Source: Lepidodermella squamata (Eukaryota > Animalia > Gastrotricha). From it: a stretch of 64,000 nucleotides of DNA. Below the pieces are notes generated by a model. That model did no database searches and had not been told where the DNA came from. It saw only the letters and a program-made list of their open reading frames with translations. The stretch is taken from the NCBI GenBank assembly GCA_047495785.1, contig JBLDXI010000048.1:992001-1056000 (forward strand). The letters run 5' to 3'. A program made the translations under genes and the position numbers. Below, in pieces: positions 24,125 through 35,884 of the stretch (position 1 is its first letter; each line of letters starts with the position of its first letter).

Positions 24125-25131
24125 AAATTACGATAAATGGTGTTTTTTATCATATTTCTGTGGGAACTTATGATAAATATTTGGCGGTGCAAGATAATTA
24201 AAAAATGAGGAGATAACAGTAAATGACCTTCGATCAACTGCCCCAAAGAAACCATCATAAGTAGTTGGTCTTCAACTTACAATAATCTCGATGCTCGGCG
24301 ATCTACAAATTACATTTCATATCGCCTAAAAATATACTTGAAATGTTTAATAAAATGAGGATATACCTATCTGTTTAGCAACCAGAATCAGGGAACGTAC
24401 GGCTGTTCTCGAGACGTGGGCTGCAAGTAAGCGAATACGTCCCACGATCCACTATATCAAAAGTTGCCGACTACAAAAGGGAGCTCTTTGAGCTGATATA
24501 AAATATTTCATGAAATCTAGCACCTATCACTGTTTTATAATAATCTTATAGCGAAGGAGTGAGGATGAATGAGAAAATTCCGCGACAATCTCGCCGCTCG
24601 TCAATATCCTTTTCCTCTTGATTTTAACCAACGAGTTTTTCTGAGTCGAAGTTTTCTACCGGTCAATAATTGTATTAATTATCAATAATAGAAACTAAGC
24701 TATGATAGTCTCTTTGAATTCAACAGTCATCGTTGTGTATTCATTCATTAGTCCGTATACCTGTCCGTTCGGTTGTTGAATGATGCATATATAGGTGTAG
24801 CACTGCTCACATGGGAGTGAGACGAAAAGCACCGAGCACCAGTCATGGACGGTTTAAAAAAAGCAGCACTTTGCTACCCACCAAACAGTGCCTATTCGCT
24901 GATAAAGAGAACACTTCATGTTTTATTACGGATTTTTTTAGTTCGGTAAGCCTCCGTATTTTGATTATTGTACCGAGTTATCATGGACATAGTCATAAAC
25001 AAACCGTGGCTAAAAATGTCCCATACAAGATAGAGCGGGTTGAAGTTGAATGCAGTAGAATGTAGAATGATGTCTGAGAGGAGAACACGCGGTGAGCTCA
25101 CATAGTGAATGGTGAGAGCTCCATCGCCGCG

Positions 25132-26283
25132 TCACTCGAGCCGGCGAGTGGATAGCCTGAAATGGTTCGTGCGAACCGTGTAATCGCCACACTCGCCAAC
25201 AACCTGCTTCAACTGGCAAAGAGTGCGAGGCGGGCAGACGAACCAGCTCCGCATGTTGGTTTCAGTGCTGAACGTTTCCGACGATTCGCTGCGCCAATCA
25301 AGACTGAGCGCATGGCTGTGGCCGACCTGGGACGAAAACGTGCCGTACAGCGATGCACCGACCGAGCGTGATATCTGATGGGTATGGCTGCCGCCATTCG
25401 ACGTCTATTTCGAATTCGTTGTGCCGACCCTTTTCGAGTACTCGCATCCCTGCTCGACCTCTGAGTCGAACGTGCCGCACGACATTACATTCGTCTCCAT
25501 TTCGTACGCCTGGCAAACAATGGGGTGAACTTCGCAGCAGCTGTATTCGTATCTGACCCATGACTCACCGGGGCCGGCCCAAGTCGATTGAAGCCGCAAG
25601 CCAGTCATCATGCCGCGACTAATATTATTTCAAGAGAAAATCATGATGCCTGGAATTTGGCGCTTTAAATAGTCTTACTTGGGGCACTCGAGGTAATAAT
25701 TAGACCCGAGCCCCTGGTGATTCCATGGTCCGGGCCCAGGCTCATTCCAGTCTGTATACAGCTTTCTGCAGTCAGCAGTCAGCGATCGGGTGTTCGATTG
25801 GGCAGCATTCCCACTCGAGCCACAACTTCTTTCTAGGAGTGTCGCTGGCGACCTTGAACTCAGTGAGAGCCGTTTCGCCGTCGCATTGAGCAGCGTGCCT
25901 GTCGAGGTAGATGATGCCGCCTCCGTTTTCGTTTTCTGCGCTTCGCTTCCGCTGGCATCCGTCTTGTTTAACACCCTTGTCAATAATAAAAGAAAAGTTA
26001 CACTCAGTGTCGTAGCAAAGGGCTGGAAACTTACTTCACAGCACACGTAGTCGTAGTAGATATCGTCGTCGCCGGAGCATTGCAGCTTGAACTGCGACAA
26101 GTGCATGCCGCCTGGGCAGCGCAATCGGTTCCTGTCAAGATAAATGGCGTTGCCGTAGTCCCATATATTGTTGCTGGTTCGACGACCGCCGTCGTGGTTA
26201 CGCGGCGTTGACTGGTGGATGCATTGAGCGGACGCGGCCGTCGCCATCCAGCCGACTATTGCCAGGGCGATAAGGAATGAGAG
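25132..26283 (-). pseudogene. Secreted protein with three Cys-rich 'YLDR...CC' repeats and a putative aerolysin/ETX-MTX2-type beta-pore-forming domain
   Basis: Exons 26283-26035, 25975-25679 and 25618-25132. Signal-like LSFLIALAIVGWMATAASA; start exon not resolved. Disabled by a 7-bp tandem duplication (25770-25783) and an in-frame TAG (25405-25407). Confidence 0.65.
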
Positions 26284-26316
26284 CTGTTGGATAAGGAATG
26301 ATACATATCGTTCGCA

Positions 26317-26617
26317 CCTGGTTATCCGCCGTTGGATCGGAATGTTCGAAAATGAATCAGCGTTCTGGTTCATGTCATGGAAGGCTTCAAGCAGAAACCC
26401 AGCTAAAGCTTGACGAGCGGTCGAATTTTTCGAAGTTGTCCTCACATGCCTTGTCCCGCTGAGTGGCAATGGAATTCTGGAATCTGGTTTTTCACGGAAC
26501 CTACGAGCCTGGTTAGCCGCTGGATTGGAATTATTGAAAATGAATCAGCGTTCGGGTTCATGTTATGGCAGCAAACTAGTTATTTATGCAAAAAAGCTAA
26601 ATGCTGACGAGCTGTCG
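26317..26617. repeat. Imperfect direct repeat of about 110 bp
   Basis: 26317-26423 vs 26508-26617 share CCTGGTTA...GAAAATGAATCAGCGTTC...GGTTCATGT...TGACGAGC. Confidence 0.7.
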
Positions 26618-26740
26618 GGGTTTCGTCCTAAAATTCCACGCGATGGAATTCGTGCTGCGAGAGGCCTATTTAAGCGATTGTAAATTCTGGACGTCAGAAA
26701 TTCTCCTCACTAGAAAAAAATCATTTCCAAGAGACCATTA

Positions 26741-27409
26741 ATGATGATTTCGTATTTTAGCAGTCTTTTACTGCTCCTGGTCGCAGTCCACTGGTGCGTG
26801 GTCCATAACTTCGTCGCAGGAGCAACCGGTAGGGATTGGATTTCATTTCATTCTTGAATTCGGTACATATTTCTTTTTCTTATACTATTAGCTGGCAGCA
26901 TTGGCGATGATGAACAGCTGGTGTTTCGCTTTGCCCGCTCCAGTAACATCTTCAAGCTGCCTAATTTGGATGGCGGCCGACAGCGAGGAAATTCGCAGAG
27001 CTTAGCGCAAACCGTCGGGCAGCTTCCGGCTCATCAACGGCGGCCGTCAGTGTCACAGCCGGCATCGCCCGAGATGCAGGCCATCAATCGGCAGACGGCG
27101 ATCATGATGCACCGGTTGTATCACGGCGATGTGATTGAGGGACGCGTACCGGCGGCGCCCAACAACCGTATGCCTGTCGATCAGCAGCTAGCCATTCACC
27201 GCCAGCGACTTCAGCACCAGACGCTGATTCGTGATCTGCGAGTGGATACCAATCGCGTCAACCCGGCTGGCGCTGACGCGGCGCACATGGCCGAAATCGC
27301 CAACCGAGAAACCGGCATACGTAACACGCAGCAGAACATCGAGCGACTCGAGCGATTCAAAGCACAGCAAGAGTTCTACCAACGCCGCCGCCAGGGCGGC
27401 AACGTCTGA
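26741..27409 (+). CDS. Orphan secreted pro-protein with an Arg/Gln-rich mature region
   Basis: Exon 1 26741-26828 encodes a signal peptide (MMISYFSSLLLLLVAVHW...), intron 26829-26891, exon 2 26892-27409 joins in frame. GDDEQLVFRFAR looks like a propeptide with a convertase site. Confidence 0.7.
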
Positions 27410-27936
27410 TTTGAAAGTTACACCAAACCTTGTCAAGCTCTGAATCAAGAGGAGGCGTCCCTGAGCGTAGTTTAGCTGAGCATAAATATTAAACCGGAAA
27501 GACTTGAGAACAGAGTAAAAACGATTGAAGTTGATCTAATTACTTTGATTTTTTGTAAATTTCTCGTGTCCTGTAGTCATTCAGTCTTCAATTTCAGTTG
27601 TCGAAAACGAAAATTTGGGATAGTAATAGCGTAGGTTCAGACTTGCAATTCTCTCTACCCCGTTCTAAAATCTTGAAACGAAATAAAGAAGATGTCATGT
27701 CGTTAAAGTTGCATGACTCGTTTGCCATTTAGTGCAAGACGCATCGTTTTCACTGAAGCTTTTTTCACTGTGGTTAAACAACAAATCTTGATTAAAAAGC
27801 TTGGAAATGCCAAACATGCTTCGGGAAAAGGTTTGTGTGTCTGCGTATAATGTATAATTTCCTGAAATTGCAGCGAAACGTGCCGTGAACTTGAGCAATA
27901 TCGAAGCCAAAAAAACATTTCTAATAAACTTTTGCA

Positions 27937-29184
27937 ATGTATATTTTCTTCATCCTCGTAACAATGAATCTAGCTTTGTCGACGTTTAGCGTTGAAGAAC
28001 GTCCGAAATCTTTTCGTCGATGGGCGGAGCGTATGGTGTTAGAGGAAACGTGTCCACTGGCCGAATCGACAGACTTGGTGAACGAGCTGTATTTAGCCGG
28101 TCGATCTTCCGATTTGCCAATAAAGGTTAACATGAGTTTTCGCATCACTCGAATCAACGAAGTCAACGATTTGACTGAACGGTATGACTCTCGTATTTAA
28201 AGAGTCTACTCTAATATTCACATCTCTTGTTTAGGATGGAGCTACAGGCGCAAATGACATTGGACTGGTTAATTCCGGAGGAAGGCTGTAGCCCTAAAGA
28301 CCAAGCAGCCATCTTTAAATACACAAACATATCGCCAAAAGTTTTATTTTTCAATCGAACGGCGGAAAACATGTGGATACCTGAATTGTACCACACGAAT
28401 GCTGACCGCAGTTTCAATATCGCCAAGCATCTCTATGGACAGCTGGATATAGTACCTGACATGCAAGTTGTAGGATCCGTATCCGGACTAACTACATTAA
28501 CAACGAACTGCGATGGCTTCGACTTCAAGCGATTCCCGTTTGACAGACTCGAGTGCTCTATGGATTTCTTAATGAATCAGTGGGCTTTTTGTAGAGTTGG
28601 CAGCAGTCAATTACTCAGTTGTTCCCACGGTACTTACAGAGGCAGATATTTGGAGTTTCGTTTCAAAATCTGAGAGCCTTCTCTCAAAGCATACCATCGG
28701 CATAGATAGCGACGACGAGATTGAGTTTAGATCCAACCTAAGGCTGACTGTCATTTTGCAACGCAACAGCTCCATGTTTTTTGGCACCTACTTTCTCCCT
28801 GTATTCATGATCTTTTTCCTCTTGCTCGTTGCGCTCTCTATGCCCCCCGCTCTACCGGATCGTCCCAGTTTCTGTGTCACAACATTTCTTTCTCTAATGT
28901 TTGCCCTGCAACTGATCACGGCCGAGCTGCCTAAAAAATCAGTTCGAATTTACACAGTCTTTGGTATTCAGGCCAGTGTTTGCATTGCTGGCTTTATTAC
29001 AGCCTACAGTGTGTTGGCGGTTGCGTTTGCAGAGACGAAATTTGCGCAGAGACCAATTCGCTTGTTTCGTTGCAAGGAAATTAGCTTGATTCGACTTGTT
29101 GATATTCACGTTGCAGCAGCTGCGTTGACATCTTTTCTAAGCGTCATGGTGTACTGCGCCTCATCTATCAATTCTGAGGATTGA
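27937..29184 (+). pseudogene. Divergent pLGIC subunit, copy H, frameshifted after the Cys-loop
   Basis: Exon 1 27937-28181, exon 2 28235-29184. Seven nt (GCTTTTT, 28584-28590) stand where paralogue G has nine; could be a homopolymer error. Confidence 0.8.
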
Positions 29185-29515
29185 ATCGATTCGATATTCG
29201 AATTGACGGTTCCATTTTGCCTAAATCTGATGGGAATTAACTTTTCTTCTATGGCCGAGCCTACAATGCTTGCGAAAAAATGTTTCTGATATACACAATT
29301 ATTTAAGTATTCTTTTTGCTTAAGTATAGCTCTCGAAACATTCAATAATAATGATTTCGAAATGAAGCAATTGATGCGGCCTTTGACAGTGACGGGGAAA
29401 CTCTTTTTTTTAAACGTGCGCTCATATCCTCCTTGGCAGTTTTTCAGATTTATTGTTTCAAGTCCATCCAACATTAAATAAAGTTGCTCTCGGACCAGGG
29501 GCAGAGTCAGGTATT

Positions 29516-30060
29516 TCATCATATCATTATATCATCAAATTATCATACATCATTATGATTAATTTGTTTATCATTATATATTTTATTATTATAGCTCGAG
29601 GGCTAAGGATCTAAAGGCAAGGATGAGGTGCACAGCTGTAGAGTAGAAGTTTCTGGCAATGATGGCCGAACTTCAAATATCAACCAGTTAAAATTTGTGC
29701 GCCGAGGCATAACTGGGATTAAGTCGGCCAAGTGCCGTATGCGCCATGCGGGAGAATGATCGTTCATGGTCTTATGGCCGAAGCTATCGAAAGATAGTGA
29801 AGCTATGTATTTAATTTAGTCGGCCATAACATCGCCAGCTGCCAGGCAGCGTTGGCCGTAGCGTTCCAGACGTTCGGTGAAGATGTCTTCAATTGAGGGC
29901 ACATCAGCCAGAAATAAAGTGCCAAAGGAATCGGCGTCGTAAGGCAAATCGAGGGCAGCGCGAAGCCCGTTCGCCTGTATTTCAAATAGTCTGTTGATAG
30001 AAGACTTGGGTTGACAGGACCATGCTGGCGACAGGACCATCCTTGACGTACGTACGTACG
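29516..30060 (-). mobile_element. LINE (Jockey/I-like) 3' fragment
   Basis: YVR...SPAWS...INRLFEIQANGLRAALDLP resembles the post-RT region of non-LTR ORF2; degenerate (ATG/ATA)n tail at about 29516-29592. Confidence 0.55.
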
Positions 30061-30402
30061 GATGGACGGCGCCCCACGACAACGGGTTGGTTAGATCGAC
30101 GTGAACTCCCCGTTTCCCTGTCACGTCGATCTAACCAAGCTAACCTTCCGAGACAGTTTGGCGCTATGAATAATATAATATGTACGGAAAAAGTTGTATA
30201 TATGGGCCCGGTCTGAGCCGGGTTTCGTCTAAACCTGGCACGGCATTTTGCTTTGCACGACCTGAGGCCGCTATAGACAACCTTCCCTTTATGAGGTAAA
30301 AAGCAGCACGCGAACAATTGCAATTTCCTGAACATGGCAAACAGAGCCCTGATTCTCTCGTCAAATCGCATCGCGGTTCATTTTCTGTTTTTTTAAATCA
30401 AC

Positions 30403-31641
30403 ATGCTACTTCTTTTCATTATACAAACATTGGTCATATTTTCATCGACATGTTGCGCTCAAGATCGCCCTAAATCTGTTTATAAATGGGCGAAAAATAT
30501 GGTACTGAACAGCACGTGCCCGTTAGCCGACTCGCCAGACCTTGTCAACGAGCTTAGGCTATCTGGTCGATCTTCAGATTTGCCTATCAACGTTGAAATG
30601 TCATGTCGCATCACGCGTATTAACGAAGTAAACGATCTAACCGAAAGGTAGGGATTCGAGCGACCTCGAAATATATATACTAATTGCGCTTTCAGAATGG
30701 AACTTCAAGCTCAGGTTTTTTTGTCGTGGAAACTGCCGATAGAAGGCTGCGATCCTAAAGATCAGGAAATTATTTTTAAATACTCAAATCTGACTGTAAA
30801 GGCGGTGGCATTTAACCTCAGTCGAGGAGAAACATGGGTACCTCAGGTTTATCAAACAAACGCCGAAGCCAGCTTAAATGTCGCGCAGATGCTACCTGTT
30901 TTCCAATTGATAATAATCGCCGATCGTCAAGCAAAGGTGTTCACATCAGGGCTTATCAAGATTACAGTCAACTGTGATGGCTTTGATTTCAAACTTTTCC
31001 CATTCGATCAAGTCTCGTGCTCAATAGACTACGTCGTCGACACTTTATCAGATTTAGTAGCAATCAGTAAATTGGATTTCTCCGTAATACATTCAGCGCT
31101 TACCGATGCCGACATGTGGAGCCTAGTTTCCACATCGAAGAATCTATCAGTGAAAGTCCCTGATGCGCTTGAAGGGGCCTTAGGCAGAAGATCTCACGTC
31201 AAATTGACCGTAACGTTGCAACGCGACAGCTCGATGTTTTTGCACAACTACTTTCTCCCTGTATTCATGATCCTGGCGCTTTCAATGGTCGCGCTTATCA
31301 TGCCGCCAGCTTTGCCAGATCGACCCGGCTTCTGCGTCACAATATTTCTATCCATCATGTTTGCTCTTCAATTGATTGCAGTAGAACTGCCGAGAAAATC
31401 GGTTCGAATTTACACAGTTTTCGGCTTGCAAGCCTGTATTTGTCTAGCTGGGGTTATCACTGCGTACACCGTGTTTGCAGTGGCGTTTGCCGAGGTGAGA
31501 ATTGCGCAGCGGCTGATCCGTGTCGGTGTCATGAAAATAAGCTTGATTCGACTCATCGATCTCTGCGTCGCGACTGCAGCTTTGATTGTTATGATTGCTG
31601 TTATCGCGTACTGCGTAATATCTATCAATTCGTCAAATTAG
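30403..31641 (+). CDS. Divergent pLGIC subunit, copy I
   Basis: Exon 1 30403-30647, intron 30648-30695, exon 2 30696-31641. CDGFDFKLFPFDQVSC and LPDRPGFCVTIFLSI. Confidence 0.93.
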
Positions 31642-32021
31642 AATAGCGGATTTTTCAATATGAACTTCTGCCAAATTCTTATGCATCGTTTTCCACTGAA
31701 GACATATCGAAATAAAGAAAATACTTTATCTCAGTGTACACGGCAGTGGACGGTATTGGATATAGGATCATCGAGCTGGAGGGGGAGTGCGGAGGGGGAG
31801 TGCGGAGGGGGAGCACGATTGGAACCAGAGATCCAACCAGAGAGCCCCGATGTGTGAGGTACGATTCCCCGGTAATTCGCGCACTGTATAGCCTATAGCC
31901 CTTTACTTAATCCCTATCTTCCACAATATCAGCCTGAATGAAAGCCTGAATTAGCAAGAACTGTTTATTGAAAAAATTTGGCTCAAAATGTGACATGCAT
32001 AACTCTCAAATCAGCAAAATG

Positions 32022-33350
32022 TCAAGGTTTATATCCAAGAACGGAAACAATAACAATAATGGCCAGGTTAGCAACAATAGCGAAAAAGCTCAACACTCTC
32101 GATCTGACATAGTCGCGGACCACATTCGATCCATCGATAGGTTGAAACGCTAGGTAGGCTGCTGGTATTGAAAACGCTGGAAACCCGAGTCCGAGCGCAA
32201 TCAAGCCGATAATTTGGGCCTGTTTTCGCAAGCTGTTTCGCTCTTTCAAATCGCCAAGCTTCTCAGCGACGATCGTCGATGGTCTCCGTTGGTCCTGGCC
32301 GATTGAATAGCCGAGCGATGCGGAGTTGAATGCCTCCTTTCTTATTTCATACTGGTAATCCGTCATTTTGCTGCTAAATGCGAGCAAGTTTGATTGCTAT
32401 ATGAGTCTGGCGATTTCGCGCTTCCAAATTGGATCCTATTCTTAGCAGGTCTTTAAATTATTAATCACTGCGATTCTCGAGGACAATTTCCGTTCTTTCT
32501 ATTCAACATTGCTACCATGTGACATCGATCACTTGAGCAGCATGGAGACCTTTTTTGAGCAGTATGTGAACGGATCACATTTCTTGTGGAATAACATATG
32601 TGGCGCGATGAATATTTATTAGACTAGGGTTCCGCCAGTGCTGATGGAGCGGTTGGGATTCGATTCAGTTGAACTAGCGTGAAAAAACGGCTGAAACTGG
32701 GGGAGAGGCAAAAACAGTAAAAACGAGAGATCATTGACAATTGACTACATTTCTTAAATGCTGAGAGTTTCCATTGCAGAAATTTCCGTTCAGGGCATGT
32801 TTGCAGTAAAACGCACTCTGAACAGCTCTCTCAATGGCCTGCTCGGCTGGGGAGAGCCGCCCAAAGTAACTGTACAGATGGACAGAAAGCAGAAAGCATG
32901 GCGCTAAACCAGCTAAATGCTAAACGTTACTCTCATTGGCCGACTCATCTGATCTTCTTGCCGAGATGACGTTGGCCGGTCGCGAGTCCGATCTGCCTAT
33001 ACCAGTTTACGTATGAGTTTCCACACCATGCGGATTAATTAATTCGATGACTGCACTCTGCACTGAACGTTTCGTTTGATATGCCGACTGCTGTCATACA
33101 TTTGGTTAACATTTCTGATACTAATTTCTCAGCCCTAGAAGGCTAGTGTTGGAATTTTCGTTTTTACCAAGTCTTCAGCTAGTGACAGCAGAACAGCCGC
33201 GGAAAGTCGCAGCGTTAATTAAACTTCAGCGGTAATTACTCTGGTAACAATCATCGTAGCGTATTGCGCTATATCTTTCTACTTGGATTAATAAAGACAG
33301 GGTTATGGCCAGTAGCCATGTACTTATTGTGTTGAAAGCAAATGGACTCT
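32022..33350 (-). pseudogene. Possible decayed rhodopsin-like GPCR
   Basis: Stop-flanked TWLLAITLSLLIQVERYSAIRY (ERY at 33271-33279) and two TM6/TM7-like helices in ORF 32022..32387. Confidence 0.3.
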
Positions 33351-33917
33351 CCACCGTTCATCTTTTTCATCTTTTGATGTAACGTACTCCCGCCACAGAT
33401 TTTTGCCTTGAGTTTTGATCTAGCTTGCAGCAGGAAATGTTTGATTATCTTGTCTGTTCTCCGCTGTGTTCGTTTTCTTTGTACCTGGATTTGGTTTCAT
33501 GTGTTTTGCGATTGCTAGAAAGGGTAAAACAGGTTCGCATCCATTCACGGAAGCTCACTCCGCCATGCTTTGATCGGCGAATTTCGCTGATTTCTGGACG
33601 AGTTCTGCCCGATTTTCCCGAGCTCTTGGCTAAATGCTGTTCGATTGGGGTGAATGATGCCCGATTCGATAGCTGGCGTGTGCAATTCCTCCCAAAATTA
33701 TGCCGAATTTCTCGTATGATTCTTAATGAAATCGTTTTCGAGTGTCGCTTGAACTTTTTTGGGTTTCCCTTGTGTGTTTGACAAGTGGGGTTTTTGGTGA
33801 TACTTTCTGGACAAGCGGGCATTTTTTGATATAAAAATATCAAAAAATCCCTGCCTGTCTAGAAAATATCAAGAAATCCCTGCTTGGAAGAAGGTTTTAC
33901 GAGTTTATAATTCGGCC

Positions 33918-34778
33918 CATAGAGAATAGAGTTACCAGAGATGAAACTCCTATTGGAAACTTGAAGTTTTAATTCGTTTGCCGATTTTCGTAAAGTTTCA
34001 TTATGGCGGATCTTTATAAAACTCACGCATGCATGTTTACATGTAAAAAAGGGTGTTTTCCTCATCATGGAATTTTTATTTTTTTTATTTTAATTGATGG
34101 GGATTGGTTTCAACGTCAACCAGTTAAAAGGAATCGGCTGGGAAATTTGGTTTACAAGCTTATACCTAAACCACCCAGCCGTCATTCCAGACGTCATTCC
34201 GCATGAGAAAACGCGTTCGCGCTTCGTATGAAAAAAAATTGAGAAATTTCGTAGGCTGCTTTTAAATAATTTGAAACAAAACTTAGCATCGATTTCAGCA
34301 TCTGCACTTTGCCATATTCAATAACAGAATTCCGAAAAAATGCTTTTGAAACCCATGAATAGTTTTCGAACGGTGGCTTTGGTAAACAACTCATTTCACA
34401 TGGTGATAATATGGACTCAGCTCTATCATTTCCACCAAAGAAAACGATAGTCCGATCAAGGATGTGGCCGTGGGGTCAAGCCGAAAACACCTATTTTTGA
34501 ACCCCCAAAAATGACCTTCGGGAAAACCGCTATGGCGTCAAAACCATTCATTTCCCAGCCGATTCCTTTGAACTGGTTGAAGTTGAAACCAATCCCCATC
34601 AATTAAAATAAAAAAAATAAAAATTCCATGATGAGGAAAACACCCTTTTTTACATGTAAACATGCATGCGTGAGTTTTATAAAGATCCGCCATAATGAAA
34701 CTTTACGAAAATCGGCAAACGAATTAAAACTTCAAGTTTCCAATAGGAGTTTCATCTCTGGTAACTCTATTCTCTATG
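33918..34778. mobile_element. P-element-like non-autonomous DNA transposon (861 bp)
   Basis: 229-bp TIRs (33918-34146 and 34550-34778) with two mismatches, CATAGAG...CTCTATG termini, 8-bp TSD ATTCGGCC (33910-33917 and 34779-34786). Confidence 0.9.
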
Positions 34779-35884
34779 ATTCGGCCATTAAGAAGGCATA
34801 TTTACGATACGATCCGGATAATATATTCTTCACCACCATCTATATTCCAACCAACGATAAATAACCAATACTTATTATTAAGAAATATCACCTATACTGA
34901 AATTAATTAATTAATATCTCTGTGTCTTAAAGGCAATGTTACTAAGAACTATGTAACGCAGACCACCAATAAATCGGTATCTCTCTCTATGAGCCTTGCC
35001 TATCACCCATTAAACACGTTACAGCAACACCATTTTTCCGTAGTTAGTACCCGATTGGCTGCACTTCTTTGAGTGGCTCAAATGCCACTCGCCGTCCAGT
35101 TTGCAAGTTTTTATCCAATTATGACGTTTGTCGTAAGTCGTAAGAAGGTATTTCTATTATAGGCTCTGCTTCTGCTAACTTCAAGCACGTCGATCAATTT
35201 ATCGTCTATCAATTTCGCTTTCTCAGCTTTAACATAAGTGAGACGCTTTTCTGAATGCAATATTGTTAAATTTGCCAAATTATTTCAGTTTATTTTCGAA
35301 AAATCGAAAAACAGCATTTCGCAGAGGACAACTACTAACCCTCATCGATGTTTAGAGGCAAAATGTTGACAACTGATAGATGATTGCAGATTATTTCGAA
35401 GCAAAATATTGTGAACTGTATTGTGCGAATAAAAAGTTGTTTGGAACGCTTTTTTTCCTTACTGGTTAAATGAGCCGCAAAATAGCCTTTGCGTTATGAA
35501 AAGCATCGCATGCAAAAAAGCAGATGGTGCATTACACGCTGTGCGCATGAGGCAAAAAAGCGCGAAGTATAATGAGTACTACATCCATAGATGCATACGG
35601 GCTAAAGTGGCTGCGTATACCTATTGCATAATAAACACATGCAATTTGCATGCATACAGTATATATTAGGCCCATGAATCGGCTCCTGGGTTGCTCTAGG
35701 ATAATCCGACGCAGAAAATGGATGATATTAGTCTATTAAGAATAAGCATCAAGCAATAAAATGAATAGCCACTCAGTTAATAATCCCCTATTTGAGAATC
35801 CCAGAATAATAGGGTGTTCACAACATTGGAGTCATTAAATTTCATCCTAATGCTTTCATCCAACTTTTAGGAGAAGCTTAGAAA

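Noticed and set aside
23890-24258. ORFs 23890..24201 and 24067..24258
   Set aside because: Artefacts of the palindromic element.
25675-26469. 264-aa ORF as a single CDS
   Set aside because: It reads through an intron and changes biological frame; the underlying gene is spliced and disabled.
31778-31813. GGAGGGGGAGTGC repeated about 2.5 times
   Set aside because: Short G-rich minisatellite with no spacers; not CRISPR and no further support for function.
33859-34864. Twin ORFs starting MMRKTPFFTCKH on opposite strands
   Set aside because: Produced by the 229-bp TIRs, not genes.
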